DNA from: a virus
Taxonomy: Duplodnaviria > Heunggongvirae > Uroviricota > Caudoviricetes
Length of the DNA stretch: 15,520 nt
IMG/VR virus record: IMGVR_UViG_2541047936_000006
Coordinates: 1-15,520 of that record
Direction: 5' to 3' (one strand)
Positions 1 through 8,664 of this stretch are shown here, one piece after another. Both the position numbers and the translations under genes were made by a program. Each line of letters opens with the position of its first letter. The first letter of the stretch is position 1. The notes under the pieces were generated by a model. It was not told the origin of the DNA. It searched no databases and worked only from the letters and a program-made list of their open reading frames with translations.

Positions 1-219
1 TTACATCCACATAATTTGCTGCCCTGACGGCAACGGGTGCGGCCTTACGGCGTGGACTTCTCCCGGCTTCACGATGTATCTCTGTACCGACTCATAAGTG
101 ATGAACGTGGCGCTGCAATTCACGTTCTGGCACTGGTGATAACGCTCTTTTGTCGTGTCAGTGATATAGCGACTTGTACGCGCATGTGCGGCATGCTGGC
201 ATAAAGGACAATGAAACAT
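1..219 (-). CDS. ogr: Ogr-type zinc-finger activator of P2 late genes, 72 aa
   Basis: Translation from the ATG at 219 reads MFHCPLCQHAAHARTSRYITDTTKERYHQCQNVNC..., with the four-Cys spacing C-x2-C-x22-C-x4-C typical of Ogr/Delta. GAGG lies about 10 nt upstream. The track ORF (1..282) extends upstream in frame, but the internal ATG gives the canonical 72-aa length. Stop is at 1-3. Confidence 0.9.
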   Translation of the reverse strand: MFHCPLCQHAAHARTSRYITDTTKERYHQCQNVNCSATFITYESVQRYIVKPGEVHAVRPHPLPSGQQIMWM

Positions 220-300
220 CGCGAGCACCTCTTCCGGTTTTGTTGATGGTGCCATTTTAGTTAATTTACCCTTATAAAACAAACAGATAAAATAAAAATA

Positions 301-603
301 TTACTCATCATCTTCTGTTTCGTACTCCACATCAGAAAGCCTGACCTCAAGCTCTAAGGACGTCGTGAAGCCGCTATTATTCAGAAAATGTGTCACCTTA
401 GTGATTGTCCAGTCCTGCTCGTCTATGACGCGCTTAAAGCCTGATACTTTGGCTAAGGGATGACACAATTTATTCTTTGCCGCTGATGAGGGGAATTTTT
501 TATAGAGCGTGGACAGGCCAATATCAAAAATCAGCGCCACGCGTTGACGTGATTCACCCGCAGCCAGCAATCCCCGGCAGAACGAACGCCGTATCGAGTT
601 CAC
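301..603 (-). pseudogene. Chimeric remnant: Gin/Pin/Hin-type DNA-invertase C-terminal HTH fused in frame to the C-terminal end of a gpD-like tail/baseplate protein
   Basis: Residues RQRVALIFDIGLSTLYKKFPS closely match the C-terminal HTH of serine invertases (Gin ...QVALIYDVALSTLYKKHPA). The C-terminal ...WTITKVTHFLNNSGFTTSLELEVRLSDVEYETEDDE resembles the end of P2 late control protein D and sits directly upstream of ogr as D does in P2. Only a GTG start, no RBS; far shorter than the 387-aa gpD. Confidence 0.5.
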
Positions 604-823
604 CGCCCACGGCCAGAATCAGCACCTGTTCCCCCACGGAAGGTGCCCACCACGTGCGCGAACGTCCGGCACGATGGGTCAGCCACTGAAGCCAGTCGGT
701 GCACATGCCGCCGGTCTGCACACGGCAGCGACCGGCGTTAAGGTCGGTTTCGACGATAATGCCGGTGCGGATCATGTTGCGCAGTGCGCGCGCGAGTTCC
801 TGAATATTTGCGAGTGTGTTCAT
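554..823 (-). pseudogene. N-terminal fragment (about 85 aa) of baseplate spike protein gpV
   Basis: ATG at 823; MNTLANIQELARALRNMIRTGIIVETDLNAGRCRVQTGG... matches the N-terminus of P2 gpV as I recall it. The frame ends after ...VLPGI with AGCG-stop, and the following ORF (301..603) overlaps it in another frame, which fits a deletion junction near 570. Confidence 0.6.
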
Positions 824-889
824 AACGGGAAGGATGCCGCCGGGTCATACCGGCGGCAATGTGACGATGAGGTGTCGGGAATGGCACAA

Positions 890-1318
890 CTAACGGTCGA
901 GGTGAGCCAGGATAATCTCTTCAATCATCTGCACATCCTCACCGGTAAAGCCGAGCAGAGGACGCGCCGGATAATCAATTTTCTTACCGTCTTTCCGGTT
1001 TTCTTCCGACAGACCGAACTGATGCACACTGGCGATTTTCGGCGACTTCCCGCCGTAAAATTCCATTGATGCCTGCTCCGGGCTGGCGCGGATATGCAAA
1101 AAACGACTGGTAATAAGTTTCGCAAACATTTTTCGCTTAACACGACCAGTCTTTTTTCTGGCGCTCTGCTGCTGGCGTGGCGCGTAGGGTGTGCCGTCCG
1201 GGGCTTTCTGAGCCATCACCCGACGCTGCTGACTCTGCCGCAGACGTTTCGCCAGTTCGGCGCTCAGTCGCCGACGCCCTGACGGTGACAGCGATTCAAT
1301 CAGTCCGGTCACCCTCAC
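890..1318 (-). CDS. Phage virion morphogenesis / tail completion protein, gpS family (possibly start-compromised)
   Basis: The C-terminal half carries the family signature ...ASVHQFGL...YPARPLLGFTGEDVQMIEEIILAHL. Only GTG starts (1318 or 1312), no clear SD. It lies 39 nt after, and in frame with, the stop of M, where P2 would have L. Confidence 0.6.
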   Translation of the reverse strand: MRVTGLIESLSPSGRRRLSAELAKRLRQSQQRRVMAQKAPDGTPYAPRQQQSARKKTGRVKRKMFAKLITSRFLHIRASPEQASMEFYGGKSPKIASVHQFGLSEENRKDGKKIDYPARPLLGFTGEDVQMIEEIILAHLDR

Positions 1319-1357
1319 TGACCGGCGTGCCGCCCTGGCGCGGGGCGCATTCGGTTG

Positions 1358-2101
1358 TTAACTGGCTTTCTTTTTCGGGCGTCCACGTTTTGCCGGTGTC
1401 ACGCTCCGGGTCTTACGCGGGGTACGGGTGGCCGCTTTGGGCTGCGGCTCCGGCTTCGGTTTCAGCTCCCGCTCCAGTCGTTCAATCTCTTTTTTGACGC
1501 CTGCCTGACAGTCGAGCTGTGTCGCACGTTGCAGGTGAGCCAGCGCACCGGCGGCATCACCACCATCACGCAGAAACAGACCGGTGATTTTGTGCAGCTT
1601 TGCGCGCACTTCATCAGGCATGTCAGCCGTGGCGGTCAGTTCAAGGGTCTCCGTCAGCAGGCGGGTATCCACAGACTCACCGGCAGCGTGGGCGCGCATG
1701 GCCGCGAGCGCCACCTCCTCGGTGAACATGTACGGCGGGGTGCGGCGGTGTTTACCCGGCATGGTCAGACCGTACTTCAGGGCATAACGGGCAATCTCCA
1801 GCGCACCGGCAATATCGCCGGTATCCAGACGCCACAGCATGACCGTCATCAGAATGTCATCCTGTGCACCTTTGCCCTGCTCCAGCACGCCGTTCACCCA
1901 CGGCAACCAGAACGGCAGCAGTTCGCGTTTTTTCGCGGCCTTCAGCTCTTTTGAATAAATCGCTTTCAGTGTGCGCTGGTCTGCGGCCAGCTTGACCAGC
2001 ATCTGCTCATAGACAGTTGCATGTCGCAGCGGGGCGGCTTCCCGCTGCGCGGTCATCGCTGCCGAGACCCGCATCATGTGGCGCTGTGCGGGACTCGTCA
2101 T
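1358..2101 (-). CDS. M: Terminase small (endonuclease) subunit gpM, 247 aa
   Basis: ATG at 2101, 3 nt after the N stop. Full-length match in size and sequence to P2 gpM (MTSPAQRHMMRVSAAMTAQREAAPLRHATVYEQ...), with the basic Lys/Arg/Pro-rich C-terminal tail. Confidence 0.9.
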   Translation of the reverse strand: MTSPAQRHMMRVSAAMTAQREAAPLRHATVYEQMLVKLAADQRTLKAIYSKELKAAKKRELLPFWLPWVNGVLEQGKGAQDDILMTVMLWRLDTGDIAGALEIARYALKYGLTMPGKHRRTPPYMFTEEVALAAMRAHAAGESVDTRLLTETLELTATADMPDEVRAKLHKITGLFLRDGGDAAGALAHLQRATQLDCQAGVKKEIERLERELKPKPEPQPKAATRTPRKTRSVTPAKRGRPKKKAS

Positions 2102-2104
2102 CGG

Positions 2105-3178
2105 TTACGCTCCCGGCTCTGCGGTCGCTTTAGCCGGTGTGGAGAAATCACCGACCTTAATTTTTTCCACCAGACAACCGGCGGCGTAGTCCTCCACCAC
2201 GTAATCAATGTTCATTGACTCGTAGTTCTCCACGCGGTCGAGTTTCGGGTTTTCCTCAATCACGCGGCGATGGCTGTCATCCATGTAGTAGATGGACAGG
2301 TTTTCCAGCTTCGTGATGAGCATCGCATCCGCCGGGAAGTACGGGACGCGTACCGCTGGCAGGTTGCCGATGCGTTTCTGGCTGATGATGACGTCAGCGG
2401 CCAGCATTTCGCTGTTGTCCTGCTCCTTGTTGACGATGGGAAAATACTTGTCCGCCAGTAGCTGACGTCCCACAATCACCACAAGGTCAGGGTCTTCCTG
2501 ATACCACGGCTCAATCAGGTTGTTGGTCGCATCCATCACCAGTGCATCAAGGCTGGCATAATCACCGCCCTTACCCACGCGGATGACCTCAGAGGTGGTG
2601 TGCCCTTCCTCGTCAGTGACCTTGCTCATCACGCGCGCCGGGGCTTCATTGCGGTATTTCTGCAGCCAGCCGACCGCCACATCCTGCAGCATCGGATTGC
2701 TGCTGCGGTCAGAGGTTTCGGCACGCCTCACGCCGTTAAAACCGGCCATGATTAAATCAAGGGACTGGCGTTTGATAATGGCGTTACGGACACGGAGCTG
2801 GAAATCCTGATAACGCGCCCACAGGTCCAGCGTTTTGTAGCGGATATAAAAATCGAAGTTAATCTGGTCGCATTCGTACTTGTTTGACGCCAGCTTCGAG
2901 AAGTCCTTCGGCTGACGCTCGGTGCCACCGGCGGTGTCGGTGGTGCTGGCGATGGAGCCGGTGACACCAATACCAATTTTTTCCCCTTTCATTTCGCTGA
3001 CCGGCACAATGTTGATGCGGGTCAGAAAGTCAGAGGACTCCTGCATGGTGTTCATCAGGGTCTGGGTGACCGACGGTTCAACGGTGAATTTTTTCGACAC
3101 ATCACCGGCGTCGATGCCGTTCAGTTCGGCAACACGGGACAGGTAGGCATTAAATTTAAAGCGGGTTTCCTGGCGCAT
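2105..3178 (-). CDS. N: Major capsid protein gpN, 357 aa
   Basis: ATG at 3178; MRQETRFKFNAYLSRVAELNG...; the length and sequence correspond to P2 gpN. Follows O and precedes M as in P2. Confidence 0.95.
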   Translation of the reverse strand: MRQETRFKFNAYLSRVAELNGIDAGDVSKKFTVEPSVTQTLMNTMQESSDFLTRINIVPVSEMKGEKIGIGVTGSIASTTDTAGGTERQPKDFSKLASNKYECDQINFDFYIRYKTLDLWARYQDFQLRVRNAIIKRQSLDLIMAGFNGVRRAETSDRSSNPMLQDVAVGWLQKYRNEAPARVMSKVTDEEGHTTSEVIRVGKGGDYASLDALVMDATNNLIEPWYQEDPDLVVIVGRQLLADKYFPIVNKEQDNSEMLAADVIISQKRIGNLPAVRVPYFPADAMLITKLENLSIYYMDDSHRRVIEENPKLDRVENYESMNIDYVVEDYAAGCLVEKIKVGDFSTPAKATAEPGA

Positions 3179-3236
3179 AGTTTTTCCTGAAATTAAGGGT
3201 TAATCGTGAAGGTTTTCCCGGACTGACTGACGCCGG

Positions 3237-4091
3237 TCAGCAGTTCGTCATCAGGGCGTCACCGCCACCGCCGGTGGCTTTGCTGCGGCGCTGCTGGGTC
3301 AGACTTTCGGTGTGGTCGAGACTGTTTTTCAGGCGGGTGAATGCCTGACTGGTTTCATCCGCCCTGTCAGTCACATCCTGCTTAAGTGCCGAAAAGGCGG
3401 TTTCCATCTCAGCAAGGCGCTGCTCAGTGGCGCTCAGTTTTTCCTGCACATGCTCAGCGACAGCGGTCACCGCTTCATGCACGTCATTCAGACGGGCGTC
3501 ATCGCTGGCCTGTTTGCGGCCAAAAATGGATTTCACCTTTTCGGTCAGGGCGGTGAACACGGTTTCAGGCAGGTCTTCAAATTCCAGCTCAACAGGCGTT
3601 GCCACTGAAATCAGGTTTTCAGGGCTTAATTTGAAGCGGTTCAGAGGGTTGTGTTTTGCCGTGCGGCAGAATTCCAGGTATTCCGTGCCGAGGCTTGCCG
3701 GGTCATCGGTGACGGCCAGACCCACCAGATAACATTTGCCTGTATTGGCAAAGTTCGGCTGAATTTCCATTGAGGTATAGACCTTCTGCGCGGCCTTGTT
3801 CATCGCGATAAGGTCATCGGTCGGGGTGATTTTCGCAAACAGCGCCCATTTGCCTTTCAGCGCCGAATCATCGTCAATCTTTTCGGCCTTCAGTTCGGCC
3901 ACATCGCCATAACGTTTAAAAATACCGTCAGGCAGGATGCCGCGCAGATGTTCCAGGTTAATGCGGCAACCATAGACACGCGGGTCAAAGGTTTCGGCCA
4001 TTTCCTGAATATCCTGCGCACTGATGACACGCCCGTCACAGGTGTCACCCTCAACGCCGATACGAAAGAATTTTGAGACTTTTTTTGCCAT
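3237..4091 (-). CDS. O: Capsid scaffolding protein gpO, 284 aa
   Basis: The track ORF starts at 4157, but the internal ATG at 4091 (MAKKVSKFFRIGVEGDTCDGRV...) gives exactly 284 aa, the P2 gpO length. AGGA lies about 12 nt upstream. Confidence 0.85.
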   Translation of the reverse strand: MAKKVSKFFRIGVEGDTCDGRVISAQDIQEMAETFDPRVYGCRINLEHLRGILPDGIFKRYGDVAELKAEKIDDDSALKGKWALFAKITPTDDLIAMNKAAQKVYTSMEIQPNFANTGKCYLVGLAVTDDPASLGTEYLEFCRTAKHNPLNRFKLSPENLISVATPVELEFEDLPETVFTALTEKVKSIFGRKQASDDARLNDVHEAVTAVAEHVQEKLSATEQRLAEMETAFSALKQDVTDRADETSQAFTRLKNSLDHTESLTQQRRSKATGGGGDALMTNC

Positions 4092-4264
4092 TGTCAGGAG
4101 TCCTGAATAGTGATTAGAGGAGTCACATGTCGGCATCAGTTTCCCGACGATGCGCATCCTCCGCCATCAGTCCCGGATGGCTTATCACTGACACAACAGC
4201 ACCTTAGCGAATCGCGGGGCGCGACTCAGTAGCCTTGCCGTGTATTCATCACGGCGAGGTATTC
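4092..4264. promoter_or_regulatory. Divergent late-promoter region between O (leftward) and P (rightward), expected to be Ogr-dependent
   Basis: This is the 173-bp intergenic region between the two divergent head operons, which is where P2 has its P_O and P_P promoters. I could not locate an exact TGT-N12-ACA element by eye, so the call is positional. Confidence 0.45.
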
Positions 4265-6037
4265 ATGACCATCACCACAGACACCACTCTTTTACACGAC
4301 CCGCGTCGTCAGGCGGCGCTGCTGTACTGGCAGGGATTTTCCGTGCCGCAGATTGCCGCCATGTTGCAGATGAAACGCCCGACGGTGCAGAGCTGGAAAC
4401 AGCGCGACGGCTGGGACAGCGTTGCCCCCATCAGCCGTGTCGAAATGAGTCTGGAAGCGCGGCTGACCCAGCTCATCATCAAACCGCAGAAAACCGGCGG
4501 TGACTTCAAGGAAATTGACCTGCTCGGACGCCAGATTGAACGACTGGCGCGGGTCAACCGCTACAGTCAGACCGGCAACGAGGCAGACCTTAATCCGAAC
4601 GTCGCTAACCGCAACAAAGGCGGGCGTCGCAAACCGAAAAAGAATTTTTTCAGTGACGAGGCCATCGAAAAGCTGGAGCAGATTTTCTTTGAGCAGTCTT
4701 TCGAATATCAGTTGCACTGGTATCGCGCCGGACTTGAGCACCGCATCCGCGATATCCTGAAATCCCGCCAGATTGGCGCGACGTTTTATTTTTCCCGCGA
4801 GGCGCTGCTGCGCGCCCTGAAAACCGGCCATAACCAGATTTTTCTGTCGGCCAGTAAAACGCAGGCGTATGTGTTCCGCGAATACATCATTGCCTTTGCC
4901 CGGCTGGTTGACGTTGACCTGACCGGTGACCCGATTGTCCTGGGCAATAACGGTGCAAAACTGATTTTTCTCGGCACCAACTCCAACACCGCACAGAGCC
5001 ATAACGGCGACCTGTACGTCGATGAGATTTTCTGGATCCCGAATTTTCAGGTACTGCGTAAGGTGGCATCAGGTATGGCCTCACAGAGTCACCTGCGCTC
5101 GACCTATTTCTCCACCCCGTCCACGCTGGCGCACGACGCCTACCCGTTCTGGTCCGGTGAACTGTTTAACCGGGGACGCGCCAGCGCCGCTGAACGCGTG
5201 GAAATCGACGTCAATCATAACGCACTTGCCGGAGGTCTTCTCTGTGCGGACGGCCAGTGGCGGCAGATTGTCACCATTGAGGACGCGCTGAAAGGCGGCT
5301 GCACGCTGTTCGACATTGAGCAGCTCAAACGCGAAAACAGCGCCGACGATTTTAAAAACCTGTTCATGTGTGAATTTGTTGACGACAAGGCGTCAGTGTT
5401 CCCGTTCGAGGAGCTGCAACGCTGCATGGTCGACACGCTGGAAGAATGGGAAGACTACACGCCGTTTGCCACCAATCCGTTCGGCTCCCGCCCGGTATGG
5501 ATTGGTTACGACCCGTCACACCGTGGCGACAGCGCCGGATGCGTGGTGCTGGCACCGCCGGTGGTGGCCGGTGGCAAATTCAGAATACTTGAGCGCCATC
5601 AGTGGAAAGGCATGGACTTTGCCACCCAGGCGGAATCCATCCGCAAACTCACCGAAAAATACAACGTCGAATACATCGGTATTGATGCCACCGGCCTCGG
5701 TGTCGGCGTGTTCCAGCTCGTGCGCTCGTTCTATCCCGCCGCGCGCGATATCCGCTACACGCCGGAAATGAAAACCGCAATGGTGCTCAAGGCAAAAGAC
5801 GTTATTCGCCGTGGCTGTCTGGAATATGACGTCAGCGCCACCGACATCACCAGCTCGTTTATGGCTATCCGCAAGACCATGACCAGCAGCGGACGCAGCG
5901 CCACCTATGAGGCCAGCCGCAGCGAGGAAGCCAGCCACGCCGACCTCGCCTGGGCGACCATGCACGCTCTGTTAAATGAGCCACTCACCGCCGGTATCAG
6001 CACCCCGCTGACATCCACCATTCTGGAGTTTTACTGA
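4265..6037 (+). CDS. P: Terminase large (ATPase) subunit gpP, 590 aa
   Basis: ATG at 4265, preceded by GAGG at 4257-4260. MTITTDTTLLHDPRRQAALLYWQGFSVPQIAAMLQ... ends ...TILEFY. The length matches P2 gpP, and the stop TGA overlaps the Q start (TGATG). Confidence 0.9.
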   Translation: MTITTDTTLLHDPRRQAALLYWQGFSVPQIAAMLQMKRPTVQSWKQRDGWDSVAPISRVEMSLEARLTQLIIKPQKTGGDFKEIDLLGRQIERLARVNRYSQTGNEADLNPNVANRNKGGRRKPKKNFFSDEAIEKLEQIFFEQSFEYQLHWYRAGLEHRIRDILKSRQIGATFYFSREALLRALKTGHNQIFLSASKTQAYVFREYIIAFARLVDVDLTGDPIVLGNNGAKLIFLGTNSNTAQSHNGDLYVDEIFWIPNFQVLRKVASGMASQSHLRSTYFSTPSTLAHDAYPFWSGELFNRGRASAAERVEIDVNHNALAGGLLCADGQWRQIVTIEDALKGGCTLFDIEQLKRENSADDFKNLFMCEFVDDKASVFPFEELQRCMVDTLEEWEDYTPFATNPFGSRPVWIGYDPSHRGDSAGCVVLAPPVVAGGKFRILERHQWKGMDFATQAESIRKLTEKYNVEYIGIDATGLGVGVFQLVRSFYPAARDIRYTPEMKTAMVLKAKDVIRRGCLEYDVSATDITSSFMAIRKTMTSSGRSATYEASRSEEASHADLAWATMHALLNEPLTAGISTPLTSTILEFY

Positions 6038-7071
6038 TGAGCAAGAAAAAAGGGAAAACACCGCAACCTGCGGCAAAAACAATGACCGCCAGCGCCCCGA
6101 AAATGGAGGCATTCACCTTTGGTGATCCGGTGCCGGTACTCGACCGCCGTGACATTCTGGATTATGTCGAGTGCATCAGTAACGGCAGATGGTATGAGCC
6201 ACCAGTCAGCTTTACCGGTCTGGCAAAAAGCCTGCGTGCTGCCGTGCATCACAGCTCACCGATTTACGTCAAACGCAATATTCTGGCCTCGACATTTATC
6301 CCGCATCCGTGGCTTTCCCAGCAGGATTTCAGCCGCTTTGTGCTGGATTTTCTGGTGTTCGGTAATGCGTTTCTGGAAAAGCGATACAGCACCACCGGTA
6401 AGGTCATCAGACTGGAAACCTCACCGGCAAAATATACCCGCCGTGGTGTGGAAGAGGATGTTTACTGGTGGGTGCCGTCCTTCAACGAGCCGACAGCCTT
6501 CGCACCCGGCTCCGTGTTTCACCTGCTGGAGCCGGATATTAATCAGGAGCTGTACGGCCTGCCGGAATATCTCAGCGCCCTTAACTCTGCCTGGCTGAAT
6601 GAGTCGGCCACGCTGTTCCGCCGCAAGTATTACGAAAACGGCGCTCATGCCGGATACATCATGTACGTCACCGATGCCGTGCAGGATCGCAACGATATCG
6701 AAATGCTTCGCGAAAACATGGTTAAGTCGAAAGGCCGCAATAACTTTAAAAATCTGTTTCTCTATGCCCCACAGGGGAAAGCCGACGGCATTAAAATTAT
6801 CCCGCTCAGTGAAGTGGCAACGAAGGACGATTTTTTTAATATCAAAAAAGCCAGCGCCGCTGACCTGCTGGACGCGCATCGCATCCCCTTTCAGTTGATG
6901 GGGGGCAAGCCGGAGAACGTCGGGTCGCTGGGTGATATTGAGAAAGTGGCAAAGGTCTTTGTCCGCAATGAGCTTATCCCGTTACAGGACAGGATCCGCG
7001 AGATAAACGGCTGGCTCGGTCAGGAGGTCATCCGATTTAAAAACTACTCACTGGACACTGACAACGGCTGA
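6037..7071 (+). CDS. Q: Portal (capsid vertex) protein gpQ, 344 aa
   Basis: MSKKKGKTPQPAAKTMTAS...; same length as P2 gpQ and translationally coupled to P. Followed by a terminator and cos, as at the left end of the P2 genome. Confidence 0.9.
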   Translation: MSKKKGKTPQPAAKTMTASAPKMEAFTFGDPVPVLDRRDILDYVECISNGRWYEPPVSFTGLAKSLRAAVHHSSPIYVKRNILASTFIPHPWLSQQDFSRFVLDFLVFGNAFLEKRYSTTGKVIRLETSPAKYTRRGVEEDVYWWVPSFNEPTAFAPGSVFHLLEPDINQELYGLPEYLSALNSAWLNESATLFRRKYYENGAHAGYIMYVTDAVQDRNDIEMLRENMVKSKGRNNFKNLFLYAPQGKADGIKIIPLSEVATKDDFFNIKKASAADLLDAHRIPFQLMGGKPENVGSLGDIEKVAKVFVRNELIPLQDRIREINGWLGQEVIRFKNYSLDTDNG

Positions 7072-7076
7072 ACATC

Positions 7077-7098
7077 GCCGCCTGCGGGCGGCTTTTTT
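7077..7098 (+). terminator. Rho-independent terminator of the P-Q operon
   Basis: GCCGCC (7077-7082), loop TGCG, GGCGGC (7087-7092), then TTTTTT (7093-7098), starting 6 nt after the Q stop. Confidence 0.7.
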
Positions 7099-7240
7099 AC
7101 ACCCCGTCATCACCCCCTCACACGCTCACCACCGCACAAAACACCCCGCAGACACACCAACGCCTCAACGGGCAGACTAAGCGCCGTCACGACGCGCTCA
7201 GACGCTGAAAAAATAAAATCCGCACCACCGCCAGCGCGCA

Positions 7241-7259
7241 GTGCTTTCCCCGCCTCGCC
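7241..7259 (-). other. P2/P4/186-type cos cohesive-end sequence (19 nt)
   Basis: The plus strand reads GTGCTTTCCCCGCCTCGCC, the reverse complement of GGCGAGGCGGGGAAAGCAC, which I recall as the P2/P4 cohesive end. It lies about 170 bp beyond the Q stop, matching P2 left-end topology. Confidence 0.75.
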
Positions 7260-7518
7260 CGCCCGCTTCATGGGGAGGTTTTAATGCAAACGCATCAGGA
7301 AGGGCAGACCTAGTCACATGTAGAATACGATAGCAATAAAAAAGTCTAATTAGAATGCAAATTGATGCAACTCTATGCCCTCCAAGAACTCCAAACCTGA
7401 AAGATTTATGTAAAACATAGTGTTCGTTTCACCAAAATACATATAAACTACATTAAAATAGAAATTTGTCTCACCTATAAGCCATTTAGACAACAGATTA
7501 ATGAGGTTTGTATCACAA

Positions 7519-8664
7519 ATGACCACAAACGAGATACTTTCGCAGCTTATCAGTCTTGGACTCAAAGGGGATAAAGTTGCTTTTGTTCGGCAGGCTTCGA
7601 AACTCGCGCGTTCCTATGATTCTATGGGGCTGCCTGAGCTTGCTTCAGCCATTAGAGGTAGTATTCAAGATAAAAACACGTTTAACTTGCAGAAAGTATC
7701 ACGCAGTACATCACCTATTTTTGAACGTCTTGATACATTACCTGTAGATAAAGAAACTAAATTTGATTTAGCAGACGTAACTCAACCGTCTTCTGAAATT
7801 CAACTCCCATTGTTGAAAGATAGCACTCTGAAAAAAATTAAAGAATTTTTGACTTTCACTGAACGAGCTAAAGAATTAAAGGATGCCGGTCTTGGCGTGA
7901 CATCCTCTATGATTTTATATGGGCCACCAGGTTGTGGTAAAACCTTGACATCAAAATATATTGCATCCTGTCTAAATTTACCGCTTCTTACTGCAAGATG
8001 TGACTCCTTAGTCTCATCATATCTGGGGTCTACTTCTAAAAATATCAGGCAGCTATTTGAGTATGCAAGTAAAGCACCATGTGTTTTATTTCTAGATGAA
8101 CTAGATTCTCTAGCAAAGGCTAGAGATGATCAGCATGAGTTAGGTGAACTGAAGAGGGTGGTGGTTTCTTTATTGCAAAATATTGACAATCTACCTGAAG
8201 AAACAATATTGATTGCTGCAAGTAATCATGAAAATCTTCTAGATAGCGCAGTTTGGAGGCGCTTTGAGTATAGAATATCTATTGGATTGCCTGATTTTGA
8301 AGTCAGAAAACAACTATTTGAACAATATTCAAACATAAAAGCTACATATGACGATTTTGTTGATGACCTTGCGGAAATATCATCAGGGCTAAACTGCTCA
8401 TTTATAGAACAATGCTGCTTAAGATCTGAGCGACATGCTCTGGTTTACAATAATAAACAAATCGATACCCGATTTTTAGTCGAGGCTATCTTAGAAGCGA
8501 AGGGAGTTACATTTGATGAAGAAGATAATTTACTTATAAAGATTGTGACCACTCTCAGAGAATACAATCCCAAAAGATTTACAATACGAAAGATAGCAAA
8601 AATACTAGGGCTTTCAAATGCTAAAGTGTCAAGGCTAACTAAGAACTATAGAGAGATATTATGA
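7519..8664 (+). CDS. Classical AAA-family ATPase, 381 aa (candidate IetA-like defence ATPase)
   Basis: Walker A is GPPGCGKT (Lys141, nt 7921-7944) and Walker B is VLFLDELD (nt 8083-8106). The second region of homology, ...AASNHENLLDSAVWRRFEYRISIGLPD, resembles the Vps4/katanin-type RRFE/D motif. Start chosen at the ATG at 7519 (GAGG 12 nt upstream); the track start is 7501. The stop overlaps the next start (ATGA). Confidence 0.85.
   Translation: MTTNEILSQLISLGLKGDKVAFVRQASKLARSYDSMGLPELASAIRGSIQDKNTFNLQKVSRSTSPIFERLDTLPVDKETKFDLADVTQPSSEIQLPLLKDSTLKKIKEFLTFTERAKELKDAGLGVTSSMILYGPPGCGKTLTSKYIASCLNLPLLTARCDSLVSSYLGSTSKNIRQLFEYASKAPCVLFLDELDSLAKARDDQHELGELKRVVVSLLQNIDNLPEETILIAASNHENLLDSAVWRRFEYRISIGLPDFEVRKQLFEQYSNIKATYDDFVDDLAEISSGLNCSFIEQCCLRSERHALVYNNKQIDTRFLVEAILEAKGVTFDEEDNLLIKIVTTLREYNPKRFTIRKIAKILGLSNAKVSRLTKNYREIL

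Noticed and set aside
674-1069. 131-aa plus-strand ORF across the V/S remnant region
   Set aside because: Antisense to the recognisable gpV and gpS translations and has no protein-like features.
1355-1954. 199-aa plus-strand ORF
   Set aside because: Lies entirely antisense to the well-supported gpM gene; Arg/Gly-rich, GC-driven shadow ORF.
4235-4264. Upstream in-frame start for gpP (track start 4235)
   Set aside because: The ATG at 4265 has a GAGG RBS and gives the 590-aa P2 length; the extension MPCIHHGEVF would lie in the promoter region.
4092-4264. Exact TGT-N12-ACA Ogr-binding dyad
   Set aside because: Searched by eye and found no perfect match, so I do not annotate a specific binding site, only the promoter region.
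4292-5002. 236-aa minus-strand ORF inside gpP
   Set aside because: Antisense to the terminase gene, with no independent start context; typical shadow frame in GC-rich coding DNA.
5516-5965. 149-aa minus-strand ORF inside gpP
   Set aside because: Antisense shadow ORF with a Gly/Ala-rich, low-information translation.
6119-6879. Plus- and minus-strand ORFs (6119..6598, 6421..6879) overlapping gpQ
   Set aside because: Alternative frames of the portal gene; no motif or RBS support.
7501-7518. Upstream ATG for the AAA ATPase (track start 7501)
   Set aside because: No SD precedes 7501, whereas GAGG precedes the ATG at 7519. Either is possible and the functional call is unaffected.
7350-7565. 71-aa minus-strand ORF in the AT-rich leader upstream of the ATPase
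   Set aside because: Translation is low-complexity and AT-driven (Phe/Asn/Ile-rich); more likely a promoter and 5' UTR region.
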